A DNA stretch of 64,000 bases from Pirellulales bacterium (GCA_044234625.1 JBIIIP010000002.1:13302-77301); one strand, 5' to 3'; shown: positions 1 to 10,785, numbered from the stretch's first letter. Program-made: numbers and translations. The notes: generated by a model from the sequence alone, not told the origin.

Positions 1-1064
1 CGCAGCGCTTCCTCGGTGGCGGCGTTGCCGGTACCGAGCACCACGAAATGCGCCCGCCCGGAGCCGCCCATGCGGCCGAGCAATTCAATGAGGAGGTCCA
101 CGCCCTTCTGCTCGACGAGCCGGCCGACGAAGGCGATGAGCGGCCGGGCATCGGGGGCGGCGTGGCCGATCCGCGCGGCGAGCGCCACCTTCGCCGCATA
201 TTTGCCCTCGTCGAACGACTGTTCGGCGTAGCCGCGGGGAATGTGGGGGTCGGTCTGCGGGTTCCAGGCGTCGGTGTCGATGCCGTTGACGATGCCGGTG
301 AGCACTTCGCTGCGGGAGGCGAGCACGCCCTCCAGACCGCAGCCTCCTTCCTCACCCTGGATCTCGCGGGCGTACGTGGGGCTCACGGTGGTGATGGCGT
401 CGGCGAACACGAGGCCCGTCTTGAGGAGGTTGAGTTGCCCGTAAAACTCCATCTGCTGCCAGTTGAAGTATTTCCAGTCGAGGCCGGTGAGGAGCATGTC
501 CCAGTGCCAGAACACGCCCTGGTAGGCGATGTTGTGGACGGTGATCACCGTCTTGGCGCGGTTCACGGTGGGCCAGGTCTGGTAGAGCAGTTTCTGGTAG
601 GCGGGCACGAGCCCGGTTTGCCAGTCGTGGCAATGGATGACATCGAAGGGTCGGTCCTGCCGGCAGGCGAGCTCGAGCGCGGCCCGGGAGAAAAACACGA
701 AGCGTTCCGCGTTGTCGGGGTAGTCTTCGGCGCCGCCGTAGAGCGTGGGGCGGTCGAAGCAGCCGTCGTTGGCGACGAGGAGCACGGTGGGCTCCGGCCC
801 AGAGCCGTGGGCTGGGAGCCGGCTGCGGAGGATGCGGGCTTCAAGCTGGCGGGTGCCGATGGGCACGCTGAACGTGAGATCGGTGGGCTCCACGGGCAGC
901 CCGCGGGCGGCGGCCTTGGCGAGGGCTTCGCGGTAGGCGGGGATGACGAGCGTGACGTCGCAGCCGAGCCGAGCCAGGGCGGTGGGCAGAGCGCCGGCCA
1001 CGTCGGCCAATCCGCCGGTTTTGGCGAACGGGGCGGCCTCGCTGGCTACGAACAAGACGCGCAT
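1..1064 (-). CDS. glgA: glycogen (starch) synthase, first ~354 codons; the 3' end lies beyond the window edge
   Basis: My own reverse-strand translation from the ATG (complement of 1062-1064) reads [27 protein letters not shown]...HCHDWQTGL...[10 protein letters not shown]. It carries the KTGGL motif and has no stop before position 1, so it is missing from the ORF track. The + ORF 48..1124 is its antisense shadow. Confidence 0.9.
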   Translation of the reverse strand, partial: MRVLFVASEAAPFAKTGGLADVAGALPTALARLGCDVTLVIPAYREALAKAAARGLPVEPTDLTFSVPIGTRQLEARILRSRLPAHGSGPEPTVLLVANDGCFDRPTLYGGAEDYPDNAERFVFFSRAALELACRQDRPFDVIHCHDWQTGLVPAYQKLLYQTWPTVNRAKTVITVHNIAYQGVFWHWDMLLTGLDWKYFNWQQMEFYGQLNLLKTGLVFADAITTVSPTYAREIQGEEGGCGLEGVLASRSEVLTGIVNGIDTDAWNPQTDPHIPRGYAEQSFDEGKYAAKVALAARIGHAAPDARPLIAFVGRLVEQKGVDLLIELLGRMGGSGRAHFVVLGTGNAATEEAL

Positions 1065-1576
1065 CGGACTGGGCTCCCTCGCCCTTGGGTTCAGGCTCTC
1101 AACCTCTCAGCTGAAGAAGTATAGATCACGCTGCCATGCGGTCTGGGATGGTGGCGTCCGCGTGGCAACATGACGGTTGGGTTTTCCTGCGCGGGGCGAC
1201 GGATCCTGGAAACGTTTTGACGGCGATTCTTGACATCCCCTCTCATGGGCGGTTAGCCTCCCGCCGCTCAACTCCCGTGTCGTCTTGGGCTGCCCAGAGC
1301 CCGACGGCAGGCCGTTGTTTTCACACCTTGATGTGCATCCGCCAGACAATCGGTCCCCGTCCGCGTCGGGGACTGTCCGGGAGATTCCCATGGCTCACGG
1401 CCGGCGTTCTCGTGCGCGCACGCGGCGGGCACGAGCGGGCCATCGATCTGTTCACAGCGGTGGCTCACCGGCCCTGAGCCGAGCGGAACGGCCGGAGCCG
1501 CTCGCGGTTTTATAATGGGGCCAGGAACGTGATCGCCCACCCGACCGGCTGCCGACTGAGAGAACCCAACGAACCC

Positions 1577-2230
1577 ATGAGCCCACTCGTCAACCCCGCT
1601 GCGCTCTTCTCCTTCCGGCTGCCCTGCCGGAAGCGGAAAACTCTCTGGCCTGCCGCCGCGTGGGATCTCGACGACGCCTGCAAACTGCCCTCGCTGGCCG
1701 CCGTCGCCGGCGTGCCCGACGTGCTCGACCTGTGGATCGCCTGGAATGAACAGGGACTCGCCATCCGCGGCGCCGCCCGCGGTGTCGGCGGCTCGCGATG
1801 GTGCCACCCCACCAAGCCCGAAGACAGCGACGGCCTGCACCTCTGGATCGCCACCCGCCCCACCGGCGAAAGCCACCGCGCCGGACGGTTCTGCCGCCGG
1901 CTCGCGCTCTTGCCCACCGGCGGCGGCCGCCTCGCCGACAAGCCCGTCGCCGTGCCCGCCATCATCCCGCGCACCAGCGAAATGCCGGCGCCGCTGCCCG
2001 AAGGATCGGTTTCCATCGACGCCACACTTTCCGCCGACGGCTGGGAGATCCGCAGCTTCCTCTCGGCCGAAGCCCTGCCCGGTTGGGACCCCGTGGAAAT
2101 TCCCCGGCTGGGATTCTTCGCGGCGCTCGTCGATCGCCGGCTCGGCCACGTACCCTGCTACGCCCCTCCGGAATTTCCCTGGGACAGCGACCCCACCACC
2201 TGGGCCGAACTCGAACTCACCAGGAAATGA
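1577..2230 (+). CDS. hypothetical protein
   Basis: Track ORF 1529..2230 starts at a GTG. The first ATG is at 1577 (MSPLVNPAALFSF...). Composition is non-repetitive and protein-like, with no motif I recognise. A TATAAT hexamer lies at 1512-1517. Confidence 0.5.
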   Translation: MSPLVNPAALFSFRLPCRKRKTLWPAAAWDLDDACKLPSLAAVAGVPDVLDLWIAWNEQGLAIRGAARGVGGSRWCHPTKPEDSDGLHLWIATRPTGESHRAGRFCRRLALLPTGGGRLADKPVAVPAIIPRTSEMPAPLPEGSVSIDATLSADGWEIRSFLSAEALPGWDPVEIPRLGFFAALVDRRLGHVPCYAPPEFPWDSDPTTWAELELTRK

Positions 2231-2249
2231 ACGCGGTGACCGACCGCGC

Positions 2250-4337
2250 TCACCACTCCGGCTCGGCAAAGGGCTCCACCGTCACGCGGGCCGGCGGCAG
2301 GCTGCCGAGAAACACGCGGCCATAGGGCTTCGTGAGCATCCGCGGATCGAGGATCACCACCCGCCCCCGATCCGCATGCGAGCGGATCAGCCGGCCAAAC
2401 CCCTGCTTCAGCTTGAGCACCGCCTCCGGCAGTTGGTAATCGGCAAACGCATTGCCACCGGCCGCCTTGATGGCCTCGATCCGCGCCGCCACCAACGGCC
2501 GATCGGGTACCGCGAACGGCAGCTTCGTGATGATCACGTTCACCAGCTGCTCCCCCGGCAGATCGATCCCCTGCCAGAAGCCGTCGGTGCCCAGGAGCAC
2601 ACTGGCCGGGCCCTCCTTGAAATCGGCGAGCATCTGCGTGCGCGACAATCCATCCGCCTGGCTCACCAGCCGAAAGTTTTTCCGCGCGCACCAGCCCACC
2701 AGCGCTTCCGACGCCTTGGCCAGCGACCCATGGCTCGTGAAGAGCACCATCGCCCGCCCCTCCGTGCGCTCCACATGCCGCCGGATCATCTCCACCACGG
2801 CCGCGTCGTAGGCGTCGCGGTCGCTCGGATCAGGGAGCCGGTCGATGAGAATCAGTTCGGCCTGCGCGGCGTAATCGAACGGGCTGCCGAGCCGCTTGGA
2901 AACCGCCGCCCGGAGGCCGAGCCGGCCCCGCAGGAAGGCGAAGGGATCGGCCGCCTCGACCCCTTCCACCGTGGCCTCCTCCGCCCCGCCCCCCACCGCC
3001 AGCGTGGCGCTGGCCAGCACGACCGTGCCGACCTTGTCGAACAGCTCGCGGCGCAGCATCGCCCCCACGTCCACCGGGGCGCTGGCCAGCGTGATCCGCT
3101 CCCGGCCGCGCCGCGACCGCGTCGCCTCCACCCACCACACGCTCCCCGGCTCGCCCTGCTCAAGCCACGCATGCACGGCCCCGGCCTGCGCCGTGAGCCG
3201 CTCCGCCAGCGAGAAGAAGTCGTGCCGCTCGGCCTCGCTCGTGATCTGCTCGCCCGCCGTGCGGATCGACCGCGCCAGTCCGCGGAGCACGTCGCCCAGC
3301 GTGTCGGCCACGAGCCGCCGGCGTGGCACCCGCCACGGCGGCGGCCCCTGCCCCGCCACCTCCGCCTTCACGGCCGTGACAAAATCCTCGGCCACCCGCC
3401 GGCAGCGGAGCACGTCCACCTGCAGGTCGGCCAGCCCGTAATGCACGAGCAGGCCGCGGTGCGCCTTCTCGTTGAAAAGCTTCGTGAGCACGCGATCGAC
3501 CCCGGCGCTCGAGAGCCCGACTCCCAAGTGGTCGCTGGCCACGCTCTCCACCATGTGGGCCTCGTCGAAGATCACCACGTCGTAGGCCGGCAGCAGGCTG
3601 GCGCCGGCCCGCCGCAGGGCGAGGTCGGAAAAGAAGAGCGCGTGATTGACGATGAGCACCTGCGCATGCTGGATGCGGCGGCGGGCGGCGTAGTAATGAC
3701 ACTGCGCGAAGGTGGGGCAGGCGCGGCCCATGCAGTTGCCGGCGTCGCTCTGGATCTCGTCCCACACCGCCGTCGAGGGCAGCACCGGCAGATCGGCCAG
3801 CGAGCCGTCGGCCGAACTCCGCGCCCAAGCGGCCAGGCCATGCAGTTCGCGCACTTCCGCGTCGTCGGGAAACAGGCTCCCCGCCCGCTCCAGCGCCAGG
3901 GCCAGCCGCCGCAGGCTCACGTAATTGCCGCGGCCCTTCACCAGCACCGCCGAAAACTCGCGCGGCATCACCGCCGCCACCAGCGGGATGTCTTTCGTGA
4001 TGAGTTGCTCCTGGAGGGCGATCGTGTGCGTGGAGATCACGATCCGCCGCGAACGCGGACGGTCGCCCCCGGTGGCCGCCTCGTCGCCATCGTCCCAGGC
4101 GGGCTCCTCGATCGCGGCGGTCTCTTGCTGATCGGCCGTCGCGGCCAACACCGCCGGCACGAGATAGGCCAGGCTCTTGCCCACGCCCGTGCCCGCCTCC
4201 ACGATCACATGCCGCCGCTCGGCGATCGCCGCGGAGACGAGGCTCGCCATCTCCACCTGCTGCGGCCGCGATTCCCAGCCCGCGAGCCGCGCCGCGAGAC
4301 GACCGCCGGGCGCGAGAAACTCTTCGGGCGAAAGCAT
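2250..4337 (-). CDS. dinG: ATP-dependent DNA helicase, DinG/XPD (Rad3) family
   Basis: Walker [18 protein letters not shown] box [12 protein letters not shown], and a Cys cluster [16 protein letters not shown] typical of the XPD-type Fe-S domain. The ATG at 4337 (MLSPEEF) is preferred over the GTG at 4391. Confidence 0.85.
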   Translation of the reverse strand: MLSPEEFLAPGGRLAARLAGWESRPQQVEMASLVSAAIAERRHVIVEAGTGVGKSLAYLVPAVLAATADQQETAAIEEPAWDDGDEAATGGDRPRSRRIVISTHTIALQEQLITKDIPLVAAVMPREFSAVLVKGRGNYVSLRRLALALERAGSLFPDDAEVRELHGLAAWARSSADGSLADLPVLPSTAVWDEIQSDAGNCMGRACPTFAQCHYYAARRRIQHAQVLIVNHALFFSDLALRRAGASLLPAYDVVIFDEAHMVESVASDHLGVGLSSAGVDRVLTKLFNEKAHRGLLVHYGLADLQVDVLRCRRVAEDFVTAVKAEVAGQGPPPWRVPRRRLVADTLGDVLRGLARSIRTAGEQITSEAERHDFFSLAERLTAQAGAVHAWLEQGEPGSVWWVEATRSRRGRERITLASAPVDVGAMLRRELFDKVGTVVLASATLAVGGGAEEATVEGVEAADPFAFLRGRLGLRAAVSKRLGSPFDYAAQAELILIDRLPDPSDRDAYDAAVVEMIRRHVERTEGRAMVLFTSHGSLAKASEALVGWCARKNFRLVSQADGLSRTQMLADFKEGPASVLLGTDGFWQGIDLPGEQLVNVIITKLPFAVPDRPLVAARIEAIKAAGGNAFADYQLPEAVLKLKQGFGRLIRSHADRGRVVILDPRMLTKPYGRVFLGSLPPARVTVEPFAEPEW

Positions 4338-4508
4338 CCGGGCAGTGTAGCGGCTGCGTGGCCCCGCCTCGACGAACGGCGGGGATTTCACCGGCCACGC
4401 TGCCGCCGCTCCGATCGGAGGCGATGAACTCGCCCGCGTGGCGCCGGCGATGGATTTTTGAGGGGTTCGAAGTACAAGTAGAAGTGCCGTCCCGCGAAAG
4501 GAACCGCC

Positions 4509-5918
4509 ATGCCCAATTCATCCGCATCGCCGAAAGCCTGGGGCGGCGTGTTTCGCGAGACCACCGACAAGCGGGTGGAACTGTTTTCGGAGAGCGTGTC
4601 GTTCGACAAGCGGCTCGCCGACGACGACATCGAAGCCTCCACCGCCCACGCGCGGATGCTCGCGGCCTGCGGCCTGATCACCGCCGCCGAAGCCGAGGCG
4701 ATCGCCGCCGCGCTGGCCGAGATCCGCGCCGACATCCACGCCGGGCGGTTCGCATACACCGCCGCCAAGGAAGACATCCATCTCCACATCGAGTCGGCGC
4801 TCACCGCCAAGCTCGGTGACACGGGCCGCAAGCTCCACACGGCGCGGAGCCGCAACGACCAGGTGGCCACCGACCTGCGGCTCTACTGCCGGCGGGCGAT
4901 CGACCGGCTCGATGCCGGCCTCGCCGACCTGCAGCGGGCGATCGTGGGCCTCGCCGAGCGAGAGCGGAGCCTCGTCATCCCGGGCTACACGCACCTCCGC
5001 CGGGCCCAGCCCGTGCTCGCCGCACACCAACTCCTCGCCTGGTGTGAGAAACTCGAGCGTGATCGCGAGCGGCTGGCGGACTGTCGGAAGCGCACCAACA
5101 TCCTGCCGCTCGGGTCGGGGGCGCTGGCCGGGTCGAGCCTGCCCATCGACCGTGGCCACGTGCAGCAGTCGCTGGGCTTCGCGGGCGTGGCCGCCAACAG
5201 CGTCGACGGTGCCAGCGACCGCGACTTCGTCTGCGAGCTGGCGTTCGTGATCGCGTTGGCGGCCGTGCACCTCTCGCAGTGGGCCGAAGAATGGATCCTG
5301 TGGAGCACCGAGGAATTCGGGTTCCTCCGGCTTCCCGAGGGCTTCTGCACTGGAAGCTCGATCATGCCGCAGAAGATCAACCCCGACGTCCTCGAATTGG
5401 TGCGCGGGAAGTCGGCCCGCACGATCGGCAACGCCCAGGCGCTGCTCGTGCTCATGAAGGGCCTGCCCACCGCCTACAACCGCGACCTCCAGGAAGACAA
5501 GGAAGCCATCTTCGACTCCATCGACACGCTCGAGGCCGTGCTCGGCGTGGCCGCGCCGCTGGTGGCCGGCACATCGTTCGACCACCCGCGCGTCGCCGCC
5601 ACGCTCGACCGTGGCCATCTCGATGCGACAAGCCTGATGGAGGCGCTGATCGCCGACGGCGTGCCGCAGCGGACGGCCCACGAGACCGTCGGCCACCTCG
5701 TGCGGCGGGCGATGACAAAGGGGGTGAGGCTGGCAGACCTTGCCGACGAGGAATGCCGGCGGGAGTACGCGGGCTGGAAAAGCACGTTTCGCGCGGCCCT
5801 CGGGGCTTCGCGGGCAGTTGAGCGGATGGCCAGTTTCGGGTCGACCGCCCCGGCCGGCGTTGCCGACCAAATCGAGGCATGGAAACGTCGCATCGCTCCG
5901 CCCGCCGCGCAGTCCTGA
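4509..5918 (+). CDS. argH: argininosuccinate lyase
   Basis: [16 protein letters not shown] and the fumarate-lyase signature [12 protein letters not shown]. Full-length at 469 aa with an ATG start. Confidence 0.95.
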   Translation: MPNSSASPKAWGGVFRETTDKRVELFSESVSFDKRLADDDIEASTAHARMLAACGLITAAEAEAIAAALAEIRADIHAGRFAYTAAKEDIHLHIESALTAKLGDTGRKLHTARSRNDQVATDLRLYCRRAIDRLDAGLADLQRAIVGLAERERSLVIPGYTHLRRAQPVLAAHQLLAWCEKLERDRERLADCRKRTNILPLGSGALAGSSLPIDRGHVQQSLGFAGVAANSVDGASDRDFVCELAFVIALAAVHLSQWAEEWILWSTEEFGFLRLPEGFCTGSSIMPQKINPDVLELVRGKSARTIGNAQALLVLMKGLPTAYNRDLQEDKEAIFDSIDTLEAVLGVAAPLVAGTSFDHPRVAATLDRGHLDATSLMEALIADGVPQRTAHETVGHLVRRAMTKGVRLADLADEECRREYAGWKSTFRAALGASRAVERMASFGSTAPAGVADQIEAWKRRIAPPAAQS

Positions 5919-8047
5919 AAGCCATCGCCCTGGCCGGGCTGGCGGCGGCCCCGGCCGTCGCCGCCGACACGGTGCAGCAGCCGCTCGACCCGATGGCGCA
6001 GGCCGTCGTCCATTCGCTCCGCGTGCGGCGGGTGGAGTCGCCCGCCGATCTCGTCGAGTCGGCCGCGTTGGCCGCCGATGTGGAGGCGCTGGCCGATGCA
6101 GTCGATTTCTTCCGGCAGTTCCTCGACGCGGTCGGTGAGGCCGGCGACCGGAAGGCAGACGTGCTGGCCGACGTCGGTGACCGCGTCGACCCCGGCGCGC
6201 TCCGCCGCCTCCAGCGGCTCATCGCTCCCTTCGAGCCCGAAGGGGTGAAGGTGTTGGACGCGGCGGTGGAGTTGGCGGGCCGCAGGCGCCGCGATCCCGC
6301 CCGGCTCACGGCCGCGGCCGCCGCGCTCGGCGATCCGTCGGCCACGACACGGATCGCCGCCGCCGGCGAACTCGCCCGCAGCCGCACCGCCGCCCTGCCC
6401 GCACTCGTCGCCCTGCTCGTGACCGACGATGCCGCCAGCCACAGGGCCCGCGGACTGGCCCGCGGGATCATCCATGAGATGGGGGCCGAAGGTCGGCAAT
6501 CGCTGCTGGCCTGGCTCGGCTCGGACGACGTCGGCCGCTGGCCCGGCGTGATCGCGGGCCTCATCGCCAGCGACGACGAAGACACCGACTTTTTCCTCGC
6601 CCCCGCGATGGCCGACGACGTGCCGCCGGCGGTCCGCCGCGCCGCCCGCGCCGCGCTGGCCGCTGCCGGCGACTCCCCATCCCCGGACGAGGCCCGGGCG
6701 CGGCTCGCCACGCGGCTGGATCGGTTGCTCACCCAAGACGGCCTTCCCCCCGCGGCCTCGCTCGCCGACAAGCAGGTCGAGTGGGCCGTGTGGAATCCAC
6801 AACGTCGCGCGGTCGAGCGGCTGACGATCTCGACGCGGCTGGCGCGGGCCCAGACGGCGATTCATCTCGCCCGCGATCTCTCCGTGTTCGCCCCGACCGA
6901 TCCGGCCCAGGTGAGGCTCGTGCTGCTGGCCCGGCTGGAAATGCTCACCGCGCTGGCCGGCGAGCGGCCGGGGGCGATCGCCGCGATCCCGGCCGAGCCG
7001 CTCCAGGCGGCGCTCGCCGGACCGGAGGGGTTCGACCAGGCCATCGCGGCCGACGTGCTCGATGAAGCGGCGGCGCGTGGACTCACCGCCTCGGCCGCCG
7101 CCGCCGCGCGGGCGATCCGTGAGGCGAATGCCGCAGGCGTCGCCCTGCCGCCGCAGGTGCGGAGGGCGCTCGTGCGGGCGATCACCGTGCCCGACGATCC
7201 GCTGGCCTTCGAGGCGGCCCGGACGCTGGCCGAATGCGGCGGCAACCCGCCTTATCCCGGGGCGAGCCTCGTGGTGAAAACGCTCATCCATGCCGCGACA
7301 TCCACCGGCATTGACCGTGCGGTCGTCGCCCACCCGGACGACGCCGTCGTCGCGGAACTCGCCGCCGGCCTCGCCCGTCACGGCTATCAGGCCGTGCGCG
7401 TGCACGACGGCCGCGATGCGATCCTCGCCACCCGCGAGTCGGCCGACACGGCGCTCGTGGTGCTCGCCGCGCGGCTCGGTCGGCCATCCGCGCTGGAGAC
7501 CACGCAGTTTCTACAGCACGGCAGCGACCGCGCGGCGCCGCCCGTGCTCGTCGTCGTCGATCCGCTCGACGACGATCCCCGCGGCCCGTTCCTCACCTGC
7601 CTCATCCAGGCCTTCGCGGAGATGGAGTGCGTGGCGATCGTCGATCGGATGGAGAGTTTCTTCGCAGCGTCGAAGGATGCGGAGACAGGGGCCAACCTGC
7701 CGCCCCGGTTTCTCGACGCGCTGGCCGTGGCGGCCGGCCCGACGGCGGCCGATCCCGCGCTGCGGGGGGCGCTGGCGGCGGTGCGGCTGGAACGGGCCCG
7801 CACGGCCCTGGCGACCTTGGCGGGGCTCGCCGACCGCGGCTGGGACGTGCAGGCAGCCGTGCCCGTGGCCCGGCTGGCCCTGGCGCATGAAAAACTGCAC
7901 CCACCGGCCAAGGCACTGCTGAGGGCGACCGGCCGCATGTACAATCGGCCGACGGACACGCAGGGCCGAGCCCTGGCCGGCAATCCCTCCGCTCCCATCA
8001 CGACGCCCAGCACGCAGGCCGCGCCTGTCCGAGCCGATGCTCCGTAA
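5879..8047 (+). CDS. hypothetical exported protein with a Tat-like signal, Ala/Leu-rich helical repeats and a receiver-like segment
   Basis: The N-terminus [23 protein letters not shown] resembles a twin-arginine signal. The later segment RAVVAHPDDAVVAELAAGLARHGYQAVRVHDGRDAILAT...ALVVLAARL follows the CheY-like receiver pattern, but Ala sits where the phospho-Asp would be. It overlaps argH by 40 nt and the next gene by 11 nt. Confidence 0.6.
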   Translation: METSHRSARRAVLKAIALAGLAAAPAVAADTVQQPLDPMAQAVVHSLRVRRVESPADLVESAALAADVEALADAVDFFRQFLDAVGEAGDRKADVLADVGDRVDPGALRRLQRLIAPFEPEGVKVLDAAVELAGRRRRDPARLTAAAAALGDPSATTRIAAAGELARSRTAALPALVALLVTDDAASHRARGLARGIIHEMGAEGRQSLLAWLGSDDVGRWPGVIAGLIASDDEDTDFFLAPAMADDVPPAVRRAARAALAAAGDSPSPDEARARLATRLDRLLTQDGLPPAASLADKQVEWAVWNPQRRAVERLTISTRLARAQTAIHLARDLSVFAPTDPAQVRLVLLARLEMLTALAGERPGAIAAIPAEPLQAALAGPEGFDQAIAADVLDEAAARGLTASAAAAARAIREANAAGVALPPQVRRALVRAITVPDDPLAFEAARTLAECGGNPPYPGASLVVKTLIHAATSTGIDRAVVAHPDDAVVAELAAGLARHGYQAVRVHDGRDAILATRESADTALVVLAARLGRPSALETTQFLQHGSDRAAPPVLVVVDPLDDDPRGPFLTCLIQAFAEMECVAIVDRMESFFAASKDAETGANLPPRFLDALAVAAGPTAADPALRGALAAVRLERARTALATLAGLADRGWDVQAAVPVARLALAHEKLHPPAKALLRATGRMYNRPTDTQGRALAGNPSAPITTPSTQAAPVRADAP

Positions 8048-9098
8048 CCCAGCCCAGCCCGGCGACGATCCCCAGACGCCTCCCATCGCGGGGCTCATCG
8101 GGGGAGGCCCGGCCATGCAGGCGGTCTACGCGATGACCCGCCGTGTGGCCACGTCAAACGCATCGGTGCTCCTCGTCGGTGAGACCGGCACCGGCAAGGA
8201 GCTGATCGCCAAGGCGATCCACGAGCTTTCGCCGCGGAGCACGGGCCCGTTCGTCCGCGTCAACTGCGGGGCCCTCTCGGAAAGCCTGCTGGAAAGCGAG
8301 CTCTTCGGCCACGTCCGCGGCTCGTTCACCGGCGCCGTCGCCAACCGAGCCGGCCGCTTCGAGGCCGCGCACACGGGCACGATCTTTCTCGACGAGATCA
8401 ATTCGACCACCCCGAAGCTGCAGGTGAAACTGCTGCGCGTGCTCCAGGAGCGCGAGTTCGAGCGGGTGGGCGACACCGAGACGATCAGCGTCGACACCCG
8501 CGTGATCGCCGCCAGCAACCGCGAACTGCTCGACGAGGTGGCGAAGGAGAACTTCCGCGAAGATCTCTACTACCGCCTCAACGTCGTGCCCATCTACCTG
8601 CCGCCGCTGCGGTCGCGCCGCGAGGATATCGCGCTGCTTACCATGCATTTCCTGGAGCACTACAGCGAGCAGTGCGAGCGGTACGTGGTGCACGTCCACA
8701 AAGACGCCCTGGAGGCGCTCACGGCCTACCACTGGCCGGGCAATGTGCGCGAACTGCAAAACGTGATCGAGCGCTGCGTCGTGCTCGCGCCCGGCGACGA
8801 GATCACGCTCGACCTCCTCCCTCCGGCGATGCGCGGAGCCCGGCCGCCGGTGACGATGCCCGGCCGCGGGGGCGACCTCGACAGCCTCGCCCGCGAGCTC
8901 GTCGAGCAGGGCATGGCGACGGCCGGGGCCGACGATGAGAACCTCTTCGAGCGGATCGTGAGTCGCGTGGAGCGCGAGCTGATCGCGCAGATGCTCGCCG
9001 CCTGCAATGGCGTGCAGCTCAAGGCCGCCGCCCGCCTCGGCATCAACCGCAACACGCTCCGCAAGAAGCTCCTGGAGCACGGCCTCGAAGAGGAGTAG
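8037..9098 (+). CDS. sigma-54-dependent transcriptional activator (AAA+ plus Fis-type HTH) with no N-terminal sensory or receiver domain
   Basis: LIGGGPAMQAVY, Walker A GETGTGKE, GAFTGA-variant GSFTGA, Walker B IFLDEI, RVIAASN, and C-terminal HTH AAARLGINRNTLRKKL. Only about 20 residues precede the AAA+ core. Confidence 0.85.
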   Translation: MLRNPAQPGDDPQTPPIAGLIGGGPAMQAVYAMTRRVATSNASVLLVGETGTGKELIAKAIHELSPRSTGPFVRVNCGALSESLLESELFGHVRGSFTGAVANRAGRFEAAHTGTIFLDEINSTTPKLQVKLLRVLQEREFERVGDTETISVDTRVIAASNRELLDEVAKENFREDLYYRLNVVPIYLPPLRSRREDIALLTMHFLEHYSEQCERYVVHVHKDALEALTAYHWPGNVRELQNVIERCVVLAPGDEITLDLLPPAMRGARPPVTMPGRGGDLDSLARELVEQGMATAGADDENLFERIVSRVERELIAQMLAACNGVQLKAAARLGINRNTLRKKLLEHGLEEE

Positions 9099-9104
9099 GC
9101 CGCG

Positions 9105-10034
9105 TCACGCTTCCGCCATCTCGCGGGCGTGGTAGCTCGACCGCACGAACGGCCCGCTGGCCACGTTGCGGAAGCCCATGCGGCGGGCCAACTCGCCCAG
9201 TTCGTCGAACTCCTCCGGCGGCACATACCGCTCGACGGGCAGCGACTCCGCCGTGGGCTGCAAATATTGGCCGAGCGTGAGGAAATCGACGCCGTGCTCG
9301 AGCAGGTCGGCAAACACGTCGAGGAGCTCGTCGCGGGTCTCGCCGAGGCCGAGCATGAGGCCGCTCTTCGTCTTCACGGCAGGCATGATCCGCTTGGCGG
9401 CGGCGAGGAGCTGGAGCGTCCAGGAATACACGCTCTTGCGGCCCCGGACGGTGCGGTAGAGCCGGGGCACGGTCTCTGTGTTGTGGTTGAAGACGTCGGG
9501 CTTCGCTTCCAGCAGGCGCTCCAAGGCCCCTTCCTTGCCGATGAAGTCGGGCACGAGCACTTCGATCACGGCCCCGGTCGCCGCCCGCACCGCCTCGACC
9601 GTGCGCCGGAAATGGTCGGCGCCGCCGTCGGGGAGGTCGTCACGGGTCACGCTCGTGATCACCACGTGCGCCAACCCCAGCCGCCGCGCCGCCTCGGCCA
9701 CACGGTCCGGCTCGTCAAGCTCGAGGTCCTCCGTCCTGCCCTTCGGCACCGAACAGAAGCCGCAGGGCCGCGTGCACACGTTGCCGAGGATCATGAACGT
9801 GGCCGTGCGCTGCGACCAGCATTCGAGGCGGTTGGGGCACTTCGCCGACGAGCAGACCGTTTCCAGCTTCAATTCGGCGATGAGGTGGGCCGTCTCGCCA
9901 TGACCGCCCCCCGGCTCGAGGTTGCGGCGCAGCCACGGCGGCAGCCGGCGCGGAGCGGCCGCCGCCGGGGGCGCGCCGGCGCCGTCGATGATCGGCAGCG
10001 GAATGAGCGGCACGGTAGCGTCGCTATCCGACAC
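9105..10034 (-). CDS. lipA: lipoyl synthase (radical SAM)
   Basis: AKCPNRLECW and the radical-SAM motif CTRPCGFC. I place the start at the GTG at 10034, which overlaps the stop of the upstream LipB-like gene. Track ORF 9105..10241 extends further upstream in an Arg/Cys-rich stretch that looks non-coding. Confidence 0.88.
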   Translation of the reverse strand: MSDSDATVPLIPLPIIDGAGAPPAAAAPRRLPPWLRRNLEPGGGHGETAHLIAELKLETVCSSAKCPNRLECWSQRTATFMILGNVCTRPCGFCSVPKGRTEDLELDEPDRVAEAARRLGLAHVVITSVTRDDLPDGGADHFRRTVEAVRAATGAVIEVLVPDFIGKEGALERLLEAKPDVFNHNTETVPRLYRTVRGRKSVYSWTLQLLAAAKRIMPAVKTKSGLMLGLGETRDELLDVFADLLEHGVDFLTLGQYLQPTAESLPVERYVPPEEFDELGELARRMGFRNVASGPFVRSSYHAREMAEA

Positions 10035-10785
10035 GGCTGACTGACTCCGGTTGAAAGGGCTCGCGGATCGGCAGCGGGAAGCCCGCGTGAACATGCGCGT
10101 CGATAAAGCCGAACACGTCGACCATCTGCTGCACGATCGCTGACCGCGCGTCCTGCAGGCGAACCTTCCGCTGAACGTCAGTCTCCACAGCCGACATCGT
10201 ACGCATTCCAAGTCCGGCGGCGATAGGCACGCTGCGCACACGGTGCGCGGGCATTTCCGCCGCCGTCACATTCAGAAATCCGCCGTGCCAGGTGACACCG
10301 CGGCGGATGGCGATGCCCACGGCGGCCAGCAGGCCCGTGCGGCCGAAGATGCCGGCGGCCCGTGAATCCCGGGCCGCACCGCACCGCAGCGCCCGCACCG
10401 CGGCCTCGAGTACCGCCTCGAACCGGTCGACGTATCCGCCGACATCGGTGGGGCCGAGGCCGAGGTCGGCGAGCCTGGCAAACAGGGCGATGCCCACCTG
10501 CCCCGGCCCGTGCAGCACCGCGCCCCCGCCTCGGCCCACGAAGCGGATCGCCAACCGCCGCGATTGCAGCTCGTCGTCGCTGAAGCCGACGTCGAGCCGC
10601 GAGCCAAGGCGGCCGACCGTGATCGACGCGGCTGGTTCATACAGCAGGAGCGTCGGCGGCCGGCCAGCCGGCTGCGACACCTCCCCGGCCAGCTGTTCCG
10701 CCATGCGCGCGTAGGCATCCATGCCGATGCGGCCCGCGAGCCACACCGCCAACGACCGGTCGAGCTGGTGTCGATTGGCCTTCAT
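10024..10785 (-). CDS. LipB-like (octanoyltransferase-fold) protein, catalytic dyad apparently absent
   Basis: VGRGGGAVLHGPGQ matches the LipB RGGxxTxHGPGQ motif, and AAVGIAIRRGVTWHGGFLNV matches KxxxxGxRxxxxxxxHGxALNV. The ATG at 10785 overlaps the upstream stop (ATGA). See the finding for the missing Lys and Cys. Confidence 0.7.
   Translation of the reverse strand: MKANRHQLDRSLAVWLAGRIGMDAYARMAEQLAGEVSQPAGRPPTLLLYEPAASITVGRLGSRLDVGFSDDELQSRRLAIRFVGRGGGAVLHGPGQVGIALFARLADLGLGPTDVGGYVDRFEAVLEAAVRALRCGAARDSRAAGIFGRTGLLAAVGIAIRRGVTWHGGFLNVTAAEMPAHRVRSVPIAAGLGMRTMSAVETDVQRKVRLQDARSAIVQQMVDVFGFIDAHVHAGFPLPIREPFQPESVSRVG

Noticed and set aside
48-1124. 358-aa + strand ORF at the left edge
   Set aside because: It is antisense to a clear glgA reading frame (KTGGL motif) and its composition is Gly/Glu/His/Val-rich and non-protein-like. 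This is a typical shadow ORF in high-G+C DNA.
1746-4427. 893-aa + strand ORF, the longest in the first 5 kb
   Set aside because: It is extremely Arg/Pro/His-rich with no motifs and lies exactly opposite the DinG-family helicase frame, which has Walker A and DEAH motifs.
5474-7405. 643-aa and 439-aa reverse-strand ORFs across 5.4-7.4 kb
   Set aside because: Their composition is Arg/Gly/Pro-rich. They overlap the end of argH and the + strand 722-aa frame, which has a plausible signal and protein-like sequence.
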